Source of the DNA: Octopus vulgaris
Taxonomy: Eukaryota
NCBI GenBank assembly: GCA_951406725.2
Contig: OX597819.1
Coordinates: 57,102,001-57,166,000, forward strand
Length of the DNA: 64,000 bases
Direction of reading: 5' to 3'
Positions 25,446 through 40,695 of this stretch are shown here, one piece after another; within the stretch, counting starts at the first letter, position 1; each line of letters starts with the position of its first letter. The notes under the pieces were generated by a model. The model ran no database searches. It was not told where the DNA came from and saw only the letters and a list, made by a program, of their open reading frames with translations. Made by a program: the position numbers and the translations under genes.

Positions 25446-26339
25446 AAATATATTCTTTAATCGATGTTGCCCGAACTTTTGATATTAGAGTGTTAGACAC
25501 AGAATTCTGCCTAATACAGGGACACTAGGACGTAATATACGAACTTTAGACGAATTAAGATTGGCGTTGAGTTTCCCTTGTCCTAATAGAAAATAGGAAC
25601 TTGGATATCGAATGATAATTTCTTCATTCTACAAACGGTTATAGAATGATAATTTCTTCATTCTACAAACGTTGATATCGGCATAACAAAACGCCTGTTT
25701 ATGAAGGGAATAATAATAATAACATCATCAATAATGATGATAATAACAACAACAACAACAACAACAACAATAATAATTATAATAATAACAAGCTATGTAT
25801 GACTTTATTTAATCGGTTCGTGTAAATTGAAACGAAGAGAGGTCTTCGCTGCAGAAGCACTCTTGGGACTGAAATTCTACTTTAGACAATGTGTTTTCAC
25901 AAGCTTTTCTCGACGTATTGTCTACATGGAGAATTTCTCCCCCGTGGGATTTCTTCTGTGACGGTATCTCCATGAATGAATGTACTTGAACATATTAACT
26001 GTAACAGTACACAACTTATTTTAATTATCACTACTTAGTGTGTAATTTATAAATTAATAATAATTATGTTATTTTGAAATCAAAGTCTGCCGGCGGAATG
26101 TAATTACGAGAGGTACGAGGGTTCTGCCAGGAAATTATAAAATGATTTCTGATAATAGACATTTCTAACATTTCATTAGACAAATTCTTGACTGAGTGTT
26201 AGTCTAACATTAGTAGAAAATCACAGGGCTTCGAAATACAAGAATCGGTCCTCACATGATACACTAGAACAAGACTATAAGGGCAAGATTATCCAGTTTT
26301 AATGGCATGAATTTGAACGATTTTTAAAATTTAGCCTTC

Positions 26340-26600
26340 AAAGCAGGATTCTTTGCCTTCAGTGCGTTGTTGCAGCCTTCAAATCACTTCGTCAATGACT
26401 CGTGGAAGCTCTCCAATGTGAAGGAGTTCGGGTCCCTAGTCACAACCTACTTCATCTTGAAATTGATTGCCGCTGAGATTCTCTTTCAGTTTGAGTAACG
26501 AAGAAAATTCAAAGGAAGCACGGGCTAAACTGCTGGAGAGTGAAATACAGTTTTAATACTCATCTCTGACAAGTATTTGGATCCCATGATGTTCATCACT
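26340..26600 (-). mobile_element. Highly decayed mariner transposase C-terminal remnant
   Basis: Minus strand gives ..KLKENLSG..MK*VVTRDPNSFTLESFHESLTK*FEGCNNALKAKN, resembling mariner C-termini. Confidence 0.5.
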
Positions 26601-27049
26601 GAACACACAGTGAATATTTCGCTCATGTTCAAATCCTCACGAATATTTCTTTGCAAAGTACTCAGCTGTGACAAGTAGAATTTAGTAAGGTGTGTTCAAA
26701 GTACTTCTCCAGTAGTTTCCTTCGATCTGAAATAAGAAAAGTTGGCATGTCAGCTATTAGATTTATAGTAGTGATATACTTAAATTACAATAATCTAGGA
26801 CAATCATAACTGCCTCTCCTAAAAATTCATAAAACTTTTGGAATGTACGCGCACATGCAATCAGTGTACACGAGCCTGGAATCAAACTTAGAGAGTCGTA
26901 TCTTCCACAAGAAAATATTAGTTGACAAATAAATTCAACAAAGTGGACCATAATAAATATAAAATAACTGTAACAGGAAACACTGCTTGACTAATTTAGA
27001 TATTGAGACAGATTTTACCGTATCTATTATGGTACTGAAATTTATACAG

Positions 27050-28230
27050 TGGCTTTTAGCAACAACTGGACAATGAGAATGAATATCAGGGGAAATGATA
27101 TGTCAAATGATGAAGCAGCAAGAAACCTTTAGTCAGCCAGATTGAGAACATAGGTTCACCATAACAAGAACACATATTGGTTATAAAAAGTCAGAGGTGA
27201 ATTGAAAATGGAAAATCAAGAGAATAAAATATTACCAGACGGAGAAGCCCGTGGACCACATTGTGTTCAGAGATACAGGCTTTAAATTATCCAAGCATGA
27301 ACAGCTGGATACAGCTCTATATTACTGACTGTGTTGAAAACAGATTATAATAATCGATTATAAACGGAAAGAAAGTACTGATACAGAAGCGAAATGAAAT
27401 AGTTACTTTGGAGATTATTGACAGGCTTCATAGACGATGAATTGTATAACTTGTTGGGTAAGGAGATTCTGTTACCAGAAGAGCAATTAGGATGTACAGA
27501 TTAATCTCAACGACTATGTTATTAGCAGTGTATTATTAACATGTTATGAAGTGAAGTTCAGATAACAAAGAACATAGCTCTCAGCTGGATAGGCTGTAGG
27601 AAAGATTTAGGGAACTCCTTATTGCAGTTCTTTGGAGTTCCTGAGAAGATGAACAATACTTCTGTTTAGAAAAATCTATGAGGTCAAGAGATGTGGAATT
27701 AAAATGCAGAAATTATCAGGAAATATAACAATATGCAGGTTGTTATTCCAGGGAGACGCGTCTTTCTATCACTTCCTGTGACTGTGTTCATATTACTGAC
27801 AGACAGAATCCATGCTTGCCTATGAATTTTCCAAAACTGAAAGTGAATGACCTGCTCAGCATGGGTGATCTTAAACTGTAAACCGAAATGGAAAGAAAAA
27901 CAGTTTCTCTTAACCGAAGACTAACAATATTTAGCAAGGATATTGGCCTGCAGTCTGGAGTAAATGCGCGTGCAGTTTTAATTATGGAGGAAAGCCGATG
28001 GTAAAAAATAAGCGGATGATGTGTTCAGCTATGAAATAATTAGGGATACAGCTCTCTAGGTGTGCCACAGGATAGTGGGAATGAGAAAATCTCGAAAGAG
28101 TACTGGACAATAATTAGGATGATGCTTGAAACAAAATGAAATAGGAGGAAGTATCAATGCAATGAATAAAGAAGCACTAAAACAAAAAATGATATAGTGT
28201 TGGTTAGAAAGACAAACAAAAAGATACTAA
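27050..28230 (+). mobile_element. R4/Dong-like RT remnant, copy 1
   Basis: Decayed motifs LLPEEQLGC, LSWIGCRK (WIDYKK), LFQGD, VNDLLSMGDLKL (HLLYMDDLKL), FSKDIGLQSG, YSSLGV. Confidence 0.8.
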
Positions 28231-28369
28231 CTGAGAACATATTAGTACTATTAGAATAGGCAATTAAAGAACAACGGAAGAAAATGCTATAACCAACTAA
28301 ACAATGACGGACAGCAACAGGCAACACATAAGCCAGGTTCTGAAGTAGTATGAAAATTAAAAATGAGAC

Positions 28370-29720
28370 AAAACTGGATTCTCTGATCCAAACATTGAGA
28401 ATATTCAGTGAAGTCATTGGAATGCAGATAGTGATAATATTAATTATAAAGAAAGGCCGGAAGATAAAGAGTGACGGAACAAAATACCACATGGCAGTAT
28501 AATTAGATCCCTGCCGAGTAATGAAGGCTACAAATAACTAGGTGTGTTGTAAGACGATAAGAATCGAAGGAGAAAGGGAAGAGGTCACTAGAAATTACAA
28601 GACGGGTAATTACGTAACTGCTCGAAGCAAAATTAAATGCAAGAAACATCATTACAGCCATAAGTACATAGACTTTGCGAGTATGGAGATACACTGCTCA
28701 CTTTCTGAATTAGACAAAGATCGAATTACATAACTTGAGTAGAAGGACTAAAAAGCAGCTCACCATGCATAACACATTCCAGTGTAAAAGAAATACTACC
28801 CAATTTTATATGCTAATGAAAGAAGGTCGTAGTTGATTAATAAACGAAGGATACACTGTTAGTTCGGCGATACTACGTCTGAAAAATTATGACGTGCAGA
28901 GTATAGAAAGAATACTTTCGGCTGCAGACATACACAAAATATGTTTGAAAGAGTAACAAAATTCTCAGAAAAGGAAGAACAACCGAATAAAGAAATGGAA
29001 TAGTGGAACTACATGCAACTGAAAACTTTGAGAGTAAAGAACGCTGACTTCGTTTGATGGACGAGAATTGAAACGAGAGACAATAAAGTTAATTATAGCC
29101 ACACTGGGACAAGTACTTAGAACAAATCTGATGAAGGCAAAGATAATCAAAACTTAAACTGCAAATGTAGAATCTGCAAGAAATGAGACGAGAGTATCAA
29201 TCGCATTTTCAATGAGAGCAGTATACTAACACAAAAAAGTTTAAGCACAGGCCTGGCTGTGTAGACAAACGAGTACATAGGAATGTTAGTCGAATGTGTA
29301 GCTTCAAAACAAGAGAAAACAACCAGTATGAGCACGAATCGGGTTGTTATGAAAAACGAGGATTACTAGAATTTGTAGGACATTGCTATGAAGACTGGCC
29401 ATAGTGTTGAGGCAGGAAAAACAGACATGACTACCAACAAAGAGCGTAGGATAGGTGAGTAGATACCAAAGATATTGACAAATATCAGGATGTACCCAAA
29501 AGGACCGAGACAACAATTATTCCTGTAGTAATTGGGGCACTTGGCACAAAACCGAAAATGCTACACAAGAAACTGAAAGATATTGGAATTGAAACTCGCA
29601 TCGTTGACCTACAGAAACTATCATCCTTTATTCTGCAAGAATCGAAAGAAAGTTTCTTGAGATTTGAGGAAACTTGTCACTAAACGTCAAGATAAAATAC
29701 CTACTAAGTAAATTAGCATG
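28370..29720 (+). mobile_element. R4/Dong-like retrotransposon 3' half, copy 2 (late RT, CCHC, RLE tail)
   Basis: KLDSLIQTLRIFSEVIGM, GYK*LGV, KLNARNIITAI, LKRETIKLIIA..QVLRTN, CRICKK*DESINRI, IIPVVIGALG, VDLQK. Confidence 0.85.
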
Positions 29721-29738
29721 CACTAGGGAAATAATAAC

Positions 29739-29944
29739 TCTATCTATTACAGGCACAAAGCCTGCAATTTTGGGGAGGGCGATAGTAGATTACATCGATT
29801 CCAGTGTTCAACTGGTACTTAATTTATTGACTCCGAAAGGATGAAAAGTAAAGTCGACCTCGGTGGAATTTGAACTCACAACGTAGCGACGAGCGAAATA
29901 TCGCTAAGCATTTCGTCCTAGCAATTCTACCCGCTCGCTTCCTT
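29739..29944 (-). mobile_element. Family-1 SINE with 18-bp target-site duplication
   Basis: TSD CACTAGGGAAATAATAAC (29721-29738) / CACTAGCGAAATAATAAC (29945-29962); B-box GAGTTCAAATTCC on the minus strand. Confidence 0.9.
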
Positions 29945-31475
29945 CACTAGCGAAATAATAACAAATACGAATATTGTTGATCATATTAACTGTTTCTGAA
30001 CTAGAGGAGAACACGAGTAAAAAAGAGTTGACTTAATATACTCTTCGAGAGTGTAAACATATACCATATTAAATATATTTCGAACGTTTGGTTAAAAACA
30101 ATAATCAAATAAGCATGACATACATTATGAAAAATATGAAATGTGAAACATGAATCTCACATCGTCTATTACAAAGTGGATGATACTTGAGCAAATAACA
30201 TTTTTAATGAAATTCCAAGCATCGTAACATCTCATTGACAATTACGTGTATAATATGTTAACGCCGATATCATACATAAAAACTGCAGAAAGAAAGATTA
30301 TCAACTACGTTGATAACCATAGGCATGGATAAAATAGTATCTTGTCAAAAAGCACAATAGGTAATTTTTGTTAGGTCTAATCTGTTACTACAGACCCTAA
30401 AACGCAATTTTAAATGTCCCTTCTAGAAACATAGCGTTGTGTCTATACAAAAAGAAATGATTTTGTATAAGGCGATTTTCTTCTACCGAATTGCTGCAAC
30501 ACCAACATTTCCTTTGCACAAAAGATAAGAAAATTTAAAGCTATGAAGACAAACTGATAGTCTTTTGGCATGACACAACAATATTTTGCCAAAGGCATTT
30601 GTTAGTGGTATTCATAAAGTATTTGTTGTCGTATTGAAATTTTGTGACTGTTTGAGATATCGTAAGATGAAAATATATTTATATACAAACGTACACAAAT
30701 TTGCAACTAAATGAAATTACTTTAATTATATATATATTTGCTAGCATCATTCAATAAGTGTATTCAAAGGTGCAGTATTATTGCAACACAGCATATTTGT
30801 ATTAAGTCCAAAATGGCAGAGTTAAAATATTGATTCGAATCTGAAGCAAACTTTAACCTATTCTAGAAGCCCAAACTAATTAAAAAATTGAACAATATAT
30901 TAAAGATACAATATATTAAAGAATACAACATATTGCAAAATACTGATAAACTGTTTAGAAAATAGAAATTAATAATTTCACATATTTATCATACAACATT
31001 ATCATCTTTTGTGAAAAGAATAAACTAAATATATTTTAATGATTTAGTGAAAATCTTAGGAATTTTTAATGATTGTGAGGTAATAGAAAGTATTATAAAC
31101 ATAAGGTATGAAAATAGAAACAGATTTATTCTGAAACACATTTATTTGCTTTTAAATTATTAAATATTGAATTAAACTATTTTGTTCATCCATTGCAGCT
31201 CGCTATTTTTACTCTCAAAGGACACATTTATCAATCCATAGTTTTTCAAACAATTATCGACCTAATATTTTTTGGGAGTTTTCAAATATCGAAGAATTTT
31301 AGCGAAGATAAGAGCAACGTACAATTTATTAAATATTCAATGTAAATTTCAGTTTACTAAGAAATATATACATATATATTTTAAAAAACTTGTGCATAAA
31401 TGCAAATGTGTTCATTTATTCCATTCTGTTCTGATCAATACACTCACATAACTATACAGCAAAACACAAACACAA

Positions 31476-31522
<47 letters not shown>

Positions 31523-31549
31523 GATAGATAGATACATTTATTCCGTTAT

Positions 31550-31684
31550 TCTGTTATTTCGTTCACTCATTTGACTGCGGCTATGGTGGAGCACCACCTT
31601 TAGACGAAAAATCGACCACAGAACTTATTCTTCAGAAACCTAGTACGTATTCTATCGGACTCTTTTGTCGAGCCGCTAAGTTAC
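31550..31684 (-). mobile_element. Family-2 SINE 3' fragment
   Basis: CATTTGACTGCGGCTATGGTGGAGCACCACC...CCTAGTACGTATTCTATCGG homologous to 10505-10600. Confidence 0.8.
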
Positions 31685-32113
31685 TTAATTATATACACAT
31701 ATGTTTTATCGCTGTATGTTATAATAGAGAACGATTCTCTTAGACATAAACGAGTTTGGATTAATATAATTTGAGATATATAGTAATGTATTTCGATACT
31801 TACAGATTACAATTGCTTAATTATTTTGTCCGTTAACATTTTGTTGTTGTTTTGTAATTGTAATTGATATGTAATTGAGTAGGTAACGCTCACGCTGATA
31901 ATACATAGGCATTTGAATTAATTTTTTACAATTCACCCGTCCTTTCATACGGAATTTCATCTATCTTTAAACTCTGGCTCTGATGAAACTTATATAAAAG
32001 GGAATTGTTTATATATCAAAAAATGTATATAACTCGAAATATTCATAATATATTATGCGATATTATAATATAAATAAACTATGGATTAGCAATTGTATCT
32101 CACTATTCAATTT

Positions 32114-32161
<48 letters not shown>

Positions 32162-32269
32162 TGTCTGTCTGTGTCTGTGTGTGTACATATGTATGCATTT
32201 TTATATACGCATGTATGTACACATGTATGCATTGATGTACTCATAGATGTATATACACGTATATGTATA

Positions 32270-32460
32270 TCTGAGACATTTAACAACTTTCGCCCGATTT
32301 TTTCCATAGTAAGGCACATACAACCTTATAATATATTGTCCAGGAGATGCAGACTCTGCTCCGAGGTTTCCCTGTCTATTCTCTGGACCAATGAGAAGAT
32401 CATTAGAAGAATTTCTGAAAGACTCTCAAGATGCCTACATGCTAGTAACTGTTAACATAA
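32270..32460 (+). mobile_element. Penelope-like GIY-YIG endonuclease C-terminal remnant
   Basis: FSIVRHIQPYNILSRRCRLCSEVSLSIL...ISERLSRCLH matches the Penelope WSI....PY.....RC.LC..EK..I...RSE..SKCRH pattern. Confidence 0.75.
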
Positions 32461-33719
32461 TTTTCTTTAAGGTATGGATGAATTAAGTTTAGCTTTAACC
32501 TCTCCATTCTTATAAGCACCAAGCAGCTACTTAACTAGCTATATGAATGTGTGTGCACCAAACCATACGTATCAGTATGCATACATCTTCGTGGATGCTT
32601 GTATGAGCAAGTTTACATACTCTATGCAGCTTGTGCGAGGGCGTTTATACATCAATATCTGTTAACCGTTATTTTCAATATTTTTCTAGCTGTTTTGCGT
32701 GTTCGTTTCTTTTTTGCACCTGTTAACCTATTATTGAGCTTCTATATAAATGAAAATGTATCCTTTAATTTACTGCCTCTGTTTACATGAAATAAGAAGA
32801 TGCATCGCGGAACTGTTATTTTAACGAGTTATATCCATTTATCACTCGAAAGGGACACATGCTCATGAACCCGTTGTTAAGTATTTCACATGTGATGGAT
32901 CGTTTCTAGATGTGTCAAAAGAATTGTGATTAATAAAAATTCTCATATCTTCCATCTTCCGCCTCTCATTTACCATATATATTTAAGGTATATTCAGTTA
33001 GGAACGCAGTAGACTACAAAATAGAGCTCGTTCACCCGTAGAATTACCAAATAGCCGGTAGTATTACGGTATACTTCCAAGTCTAGGTTTAGGCATTCAT
33101 CGTGTGTGAAAATAATATTGAATAAACTTATCAACGAGAAGGAGTACGATTAGACAGCTATTTGGTAAACATTACCCATATTTCGATACATCATAGATCC
33201 ACATATTCCCAGGATTTAAGGTAAGCAACTGTTTACCCGTATAATGGGATCCATTTGTATCTCTTCAGGTCGTATACAATTGCTGGCCCGTTAGTAGACC
33301 CGTGACTTCGATGCTAACACTATCTAACCGTACTCCTTTTTTTGACTCTATTTTATTGAAATATATATATAAAATTAAATAATGAGATATATGTATGTAT
33401 GTATTATGTGTGGATAAACTCCCTTCAAGTGTTTCATAAGAATTCTATTTAATTACTCGTGGCTGAAAGCAATTTCTGTCAAGCCTTTATGATTTTTCCA
33501 TCTGTTTCTGAACTGGATGTATACTTAGCTGTAGCTACATCTATAAATCTCACAACAATATTCGGTACTTATTTCTCTTGTAGATGTATCCCAGGGTGCT
33601 TCTTTGTCTGATTTACTGTATATTAATATTGTTCATTGTCCTAAATGGTTTTAAAAATAGTTTTAGAGAACTCTTAGGCAATATGTTACTGGACGAGACA
33701 AATTAGTATTAAAAATTTG

Positions 33720-34025
33720 ACATTTTAGTATGAGTATTTACCGCTTTGTAAGAAACTTGCGGTTGATTCTTGACGGTGCGCTTTGTCCTTGAGTAAGACA
33801 CATTATTTCTCGTTACTGCCGTCCACTCACCTGACAATAATGAGTTGCACCTATAATTCAGAATAGCCAGCATTGTCACATTCTGTGTCACAATGAATCT
33901 CCCTCAGAACTACATTCATCGTATTCATGGTTCTCTCAGCCACTTGCACGTTAATATCAGGTGCAAGCAATTCCGTTGGTCGTATCACGTGGCACTCTCG
34001 TTCTCGTAACCGAAGGAGGACCAGG
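33720..34025 (+). mobile_element. tRNA-derived SINE (family 3), decayed
   Basis: GTCCTTGAGTAAGACACATTATTTCTCGTTACTGCCGTCCACTCACCTG core homologous to the reverse complement of 43448-43500; distinct 3' body. Confidence 0.7.
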
Positions 34026-34039
34026 CCATTTGCTACATG

Positions 34040-34343
34040 TTCCTCATGGTGGTAGTGCCAGTGATTGTTTGCGATGGTTATGACTACGATAGATATGGCT
34101 GCGATATTGGTGATGATGCATGTGAATCTCATGGTTGCACCACTGCTGCTCCTGCTGGTGGGGGGGGTGATGCTAGTTGTGGATGTGGTCTTGATTCGGG
34201 TGCGTGCAGTCGAGATGATGATGTTTTTGACCATGGTGATGATGATGGTGATGCAGATACGGTGATGATGCCGATGATGATTACAACTATATTGATAATG
34301 ATGATCATGATGATGATGATGATGCAGACGATGATGCTGCTTC

Positions 34344-34384
<41 letters not shown>

Positions 34385-34630
34385 AAGATGAGGATTATGA
34401 CGCTGATGATGAAGTTGATAAGGATTCTCATGATGATGATGATGAAGATTATGACGCTGATGATGAAGACGATAAGGATGCTTATGATAATGACGATGAC
34501 GACGACGAGAACGACGATGACTACAACGATAAAAACGACGATTAAGATGATAATAGGGATACTGACGATGATTATGACGATGTCCATGACCGGTGGTGTG
34601 ATCAGATAAGCATGATGACGACGAAGATGT
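34040..34630. repeat. Degenerate trinucleotide tract (GAT/GAC/GCT/GGT)n
   Basis: Directly visible; source of the His/Met-rich pseudo-ORFs. Confidence 0.9.
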
Positions 34631-34754
34631 TATAAATATATTTCGTTTAAACAAATATCTTCGACTACCTTTCGAAGTATGCAACGAACGGTATAATGAG
34701 GAATGTAAATCTATGTAGAAGCGTATGGATGGGTGCGTATGTGTGTATGTGTGT

Positions 34755-34817
<63 letters not shown>

Positions 34818-35157
34818 TGTGTAATACGTATGAGCTTATGCATAACTACTAACGAAAGTGTAAGTAATTTCAAGCTATGTGGGTTTGTGTGTATGATAAT
34901 ACGATATCTCTTCATGTAAAACTATATAAATGTGAATGTTCTCAGAATTATCTGTCAATTTATATTTGCTGACGTGTATGTGCATGCATATAAACATTAT
35001 ATATTATGAAATAGTGGTAATTAGTAGGCTTTGAAAACAAATAGGAATTGATTCGATGCCGCACGAAATGAAAGTGGTTTAATTAACGAAATACATAAAA
35101 GACAGATGATGACTATCACGTATATATCCATATGTTAACAGATGTTTTATCACTACA

Positions 35158-36010
<853 letters not shown>

Positions 36011-36772
36011 ATTAGAAACATTTTGTCTCAACGTAATTGATGACATTAAAATAACACAGAATAGAATGGAGTTTTATTTTCTAAAATTATTCTAAATCAG
36101 CATTAAGCTTGACTAGTTCTTATTGCAGTTAATAATTTATTATATGCAAGCTACTAAATACATGTGTTTGCGTGATCCTGATGCTATATAGCTATATATA
36201 AATAGGTATTACGAATTTTTGTAGTTTTGTTCTCCTTCTTATTCCGTCGGAATTACAAATTACTCTGAAACAGAAATTACCATTTGAAAACAGAATAGCG
36301 TAAAAGAATACACATTTCTATAAATGTAACAATGTTTGTATGTTCCGAAGAAAATTGGAAATAATACAAATATCATAGTACAACTGCATAAATTGTCCGC
36401 CATACTGGTTTAATATTTTGATGGTTAAAGAAATTTACAAGAAGTATTGTACTTCAAGAATATAATTTCTCCTTGAATCTAAAAGAAATAATGGCATTTT
36501 TAATGTAACAAATCGTTTCTGCTATTCATATATTAAGCCTTATTGTAAGTTGTAATAATCAAGTCTTTATTTCTTCTACGTGAATGCTATTGCTTAATCA
36601 CGAAGTTACACTTCCTTGCCGACCCAAATTTTATTCACGTACACTTTTTCCTTTGTCGGGTAACTTTACTGTTATCTTCTATTCAGTAATTTTCGACTTC
36701 ACTGAAGTGATATGCAAAGTGTCAAAACCGTAATATACAAATCGTAATGAAAATTCATGTAACGCTACTGTG

Positions 36773-36910
36773 ACATACATACATACATACATACATACAT
36801 ACATACATACATACATACATACATACATACATACACATACATACATACATACATACATACATACATACATACATACATACATGCATGTATGCATATATAT
36901 ATGTATGTAT
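36773..36910. repeat. (TACA)n microsatellite
   Basis: Directly visible. Confidence 0.95.
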
Positions 36911-37587
36911 TTAACTGATCTAAAAAAAACATCCACAAATAGTGGTAACCTAGTGACTTGGTCACCGCTCATTTCACCTTCACCCCCACCCCCGGTTTCC
37001 TCTGTTGCTGTCTAAATTATAAAAGACTTTACAAGGTATACATTATTTTGTAAACTCATTCTGCCACAGATATGACCAAAGAAACAATGTAAACCTTTTG
37101 ACTTCTATTATTGATGTAAATATGTTAGGGAAATTGCTGTATCCTTTACGTTTGAAGTTTATGCTGGTATCTGATGAGAACGCTTTCTTTCAAATGATGT
37201 AATGTTTTCATTAATCATTTAAAGGAATCACCTGAAAAGACTGTAATCGATTGACACCTGTACATCTTTGTTACTCATTTATATATCAATTTGAGTAACA
37301 AGTAAGCAACGTTTTCAACCATCAAGAATTTGTACCGGATTTTTACAGAGTTTTGACATTTTTAGAAACATCTCTTTGCAAATGTTTTCATAATATACAC
37401 ATAGACTTGCCCAAATGCAAGCTCCAGAACTCCAGATATTTATGTTACCAGAATAAACAAACGTGTAACTTGTTGGCAAAATGCTATGATTGTAATGGTA
37501 CTTTGATGAATGAAATTTCCGCTTTGTTGAAATATATTGTGATGGATTTCATGTTTCAAAACGTTGCTTACCCATTACTCAGCCTGA

Positions 37588-37637
37588 TATACATACATAC
37601 ATACATACATCCATACATCCATACATACATACATACA

Positions 37638-37669
<32 letters not shown>

Positions 37670-37723
37670 GATAGATATATGTATATAAACATACATATAT
37701 GTACATACCTACATATATATTTA

Positions 37724-37775
<52 letters not shown>

Positions 37776-37794
37776 TGTATGTATGTATGTGTGT

Positions 37795-37853
<59 letters not shown>
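37588..37853. repeat. (TACA)n-(TA)n-(TATG)n-(TG)n compound microsatellite
   Basis: Directly visible. Confidence 0.95.
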
Positions 37854-37854
<1 letters not shown>

Positions 37855-38846
37855 ATATATGGTCACAGGACACCACTTTCACCCTCCGCATAAAATCCCA
37901 AAGTTTATTTAATTTGCTTTGCGGGAGGGACTGTTTCAATGAAGTTGCCTATTGTACTTGCCTTCGACCTCGGAGTAGATGAAACAAGGAGAACTGATGA
38001 AGGGGAATATTCTTTATGTTGCATGTCTCGTTTCTGTTTGTCTTTTTCTTTGAGCGAAAAAAAGTTCCTTTTATATGTTTATGTTTTTATGTTTTCGTTT
38101 CTCACTTTGTTCCACGTTTTTTGAAGTAATTTACCCATATATACATATATATATATATATGTATGTATATATATATATATGTATATATATGTATGTATGT
38201 ATATATATATATATATATCCTAATACATATAGACAGTAAAATAACTTTATGCGGCCTATCTAATTTTGAAGAATTAAGTTCAAAAACCGAATAACTTTAG
38301 TATAGGTTCAGATTATAGCAGCAAAGTACAAAAGAATGGAAATTCTTAAATCAGTTTACGCACATTTGGGAGAGTTTAGAATATCTCAAAAATACCTCGC
38401 TTAGCGCGAAATTCCTGCGACGTTGAAATTATTAATAATGAATTCAAATACACAAAGGAGATATGTCATACCAAACTACATGGTAGATAATTATATTTAC
38501 AGCCAAGGAAATATAAACTATGTGTAAGGGTAGACAGATTGGGTTAATAAGAGTTCTAAAGGAAAATAATAGTATGTCTCTTAACTTATGTTCATATTTA
38601 CGTAATGGTGGGCAATGCTTTTCTAGAGCTATGAAACATTTAATCGTACGGGGATTTATACCTTGTAATCTCAGTCACGCGAGCACTCCCGATTTCTAAT
38701 ATAAAATGTATACTTACTCTTTCCAATCATATCTCCATCTGTGTATACATGTATATCCGCCCGTTTATCCATCCATGCACACACACGCGCGCACACCCAC
38801 ATACACAAATACATACATACCACACATACACACATATATATACACA

Positions 38847-38877
<31 letters not shown>

Positions 38878-38950
38878 GTATATATATATATAAATTCCAA
38901 CTTTTTATTTATATTCTTTATAATATTAATGTAGAATATAGAATATATAG

Positions 38951-39007
<57 letters not shown>

Positions 39008-39069
39008 AAATGAAATGAAGTATTGATTGTCTTATTGAATAGATGAAATGTTGAATACAAAATATTAGG

Positions 39070-39106
<37 letters not shown>

Positions 39107-39213
39107 TGAGAAAATGGGGGTCGAATCAATTAATTATTAATAAATTCGACCAAGCAGTATTCGGTTGCTTTAATTAATAATTAATATTAATAAATTAATA
39201 CTTCAAATATACC

Positions 39214-39254
<41 letters not shown>

Positions 39255-40006
39255 AGAAGAAAATGGAGACAAAATAACAGGAAGAAGTTGATCGTTTAAA
39301 CTAGTAAGCCATGAATTTAATAAATTAATAAATAAAAGGGGTAGTAATAGTACCTTTAGAATCGTTTCTATTTACCAGTTTTAGTAGTAGACATCATCAC
39401 AGTGCAGAGTCATATGGAGAAGTAAGAAGAGCGAAAACCATAGGGATACATTGGTAACGAGAATACAGACAAGGAATGGTGAGTCTAGTAGAATAGAGAA
39501 TAGTTGAATGATAGGTCTATTAGAATGGTGAATAGTAGAAATTTTCCAACAACCGCTTTTAATAATTGTTTGAGTTATGTCGAGAATCCGGATTGTGCTG
39601 CCACTTTATAACCTTTCAGCAGCAAACCTCTCAAACCAAGGTTTAACGAGTCACCAGCAGCTTCACATAGCCGTCTGATTTGAACCTAACGTCCACTTCA
39701 AAGATGTGCGGCAGTATGACGTCACCCACACTGGAGACACACCTAAAGACCATGTAACGTCTTACTGTCTTTACAATGTTGACATCTTTGAGTAGCACTC
39801 ATAATGTCAACTATTTGGCACCCGCGCGAATCCCCGTGATGCAGGTAACTCTTTTTCAATATTCAGATGGTTACTTGTAGTCATGTAAGCTAACATATTC
39901 TCAACTAGATATTTAGTCTTTAATCTTGTTCAACTACAACTTTAAACTCCATCGCAGTTGACTGTTCACCAATACATCAAGCTCGGAGGCATAAAACGTC
40001 ACCATA

Positions 40007-40163
40007 AGGAGTGGGTGTGTGGTCAGTAGCTTGCTTACCAACCATATGGTTCCAGGTTGCGGCACCTTGGACAAGTGTCTTCTACTATAGCTTCGGGTCG
40101 ACCAAAACCTTGTGAGTGGATTTGGTAGGCGGAAACTGTAAGAAGCCCGTCGTATATATGTAT

Positions 40164-40199
<36 letters not shown>

Positions 40200-40447
40200 T
40201 TATATATATGTATGTATGTACTTATATGTTTGTACGTCTGTGTTCGTCTCCCCAACATCGCTTGACAACCGATGCTGGTGTGTTTACGTCCCCGTAACAT
40301 AGCCGTTCGGCAAAAGACTGATAGAATAAGTACTAGGTTACAAAGAATATATCCTGGGGTCGATTTTCTCGGCTAAAAGGCGGTGCTCTAGCATGGCCAC
40401 AGTCAAATGACTAAAACAAGTAAAAGAGTAAAAGAACGAGTAAAGAG
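40007..40447 (+). mobile_element. Near full-length family-2 SINE with an empty target motif (40025-40039)
   Basis: AGGAGTGGGTGTGTGGTCAGTAGCTTGCTTACCAACCATATGGTTCCAGGTT...; tail (GTAAAAGA)n; homologous to 10490-10934. Confidence 0.9.
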
Positions 40448-40695
40448 TAACGGTCCGAATATGGAAAATTCAACACTCAGTTTTGGACACCTAGACACTC
40501 TTACACTTTCCATATCTATGCTCGCCACGACACACACCGAGTAAGCGTACATAGAGACGAGTTGGTTGCTGCTTATCTCGTAAGGACTTAAGTACGAATG
40601 AAATATGAGAAAGCGGCGACTGATTCACACAGTCTTTTTGAACACTGCATTACAACCTTACACTTTTTTTTTATTTCACATAAAAATTAACACGT

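Noticed and set aside
25610-25671. 28-bp direct repeat GAATGATAATTTCTTCATTCTACAAACG x2
   Set aside because: Simple local duplication with a 6-nt gap; nothing further supports a function
32515-32540. AAGCAGCTACTTA as another copy of the Tx1 target motif
   Set aside because: Partial match only, with no SINE head or element end next to it
33851-34915. 354-aa His-rich ORF and overlapping 190-aa Met-rich ORF
   Set aside because: Span a (GT)n tract, a degenerate trinucleotide tract and an antisense SINE; open on both strands because of low complexity
39570-39770. RTE 3' remnant (HFKDVRQYDV resembling RFKDVCKRDM)
   Set aside because: Single weak motif, insufficient to call
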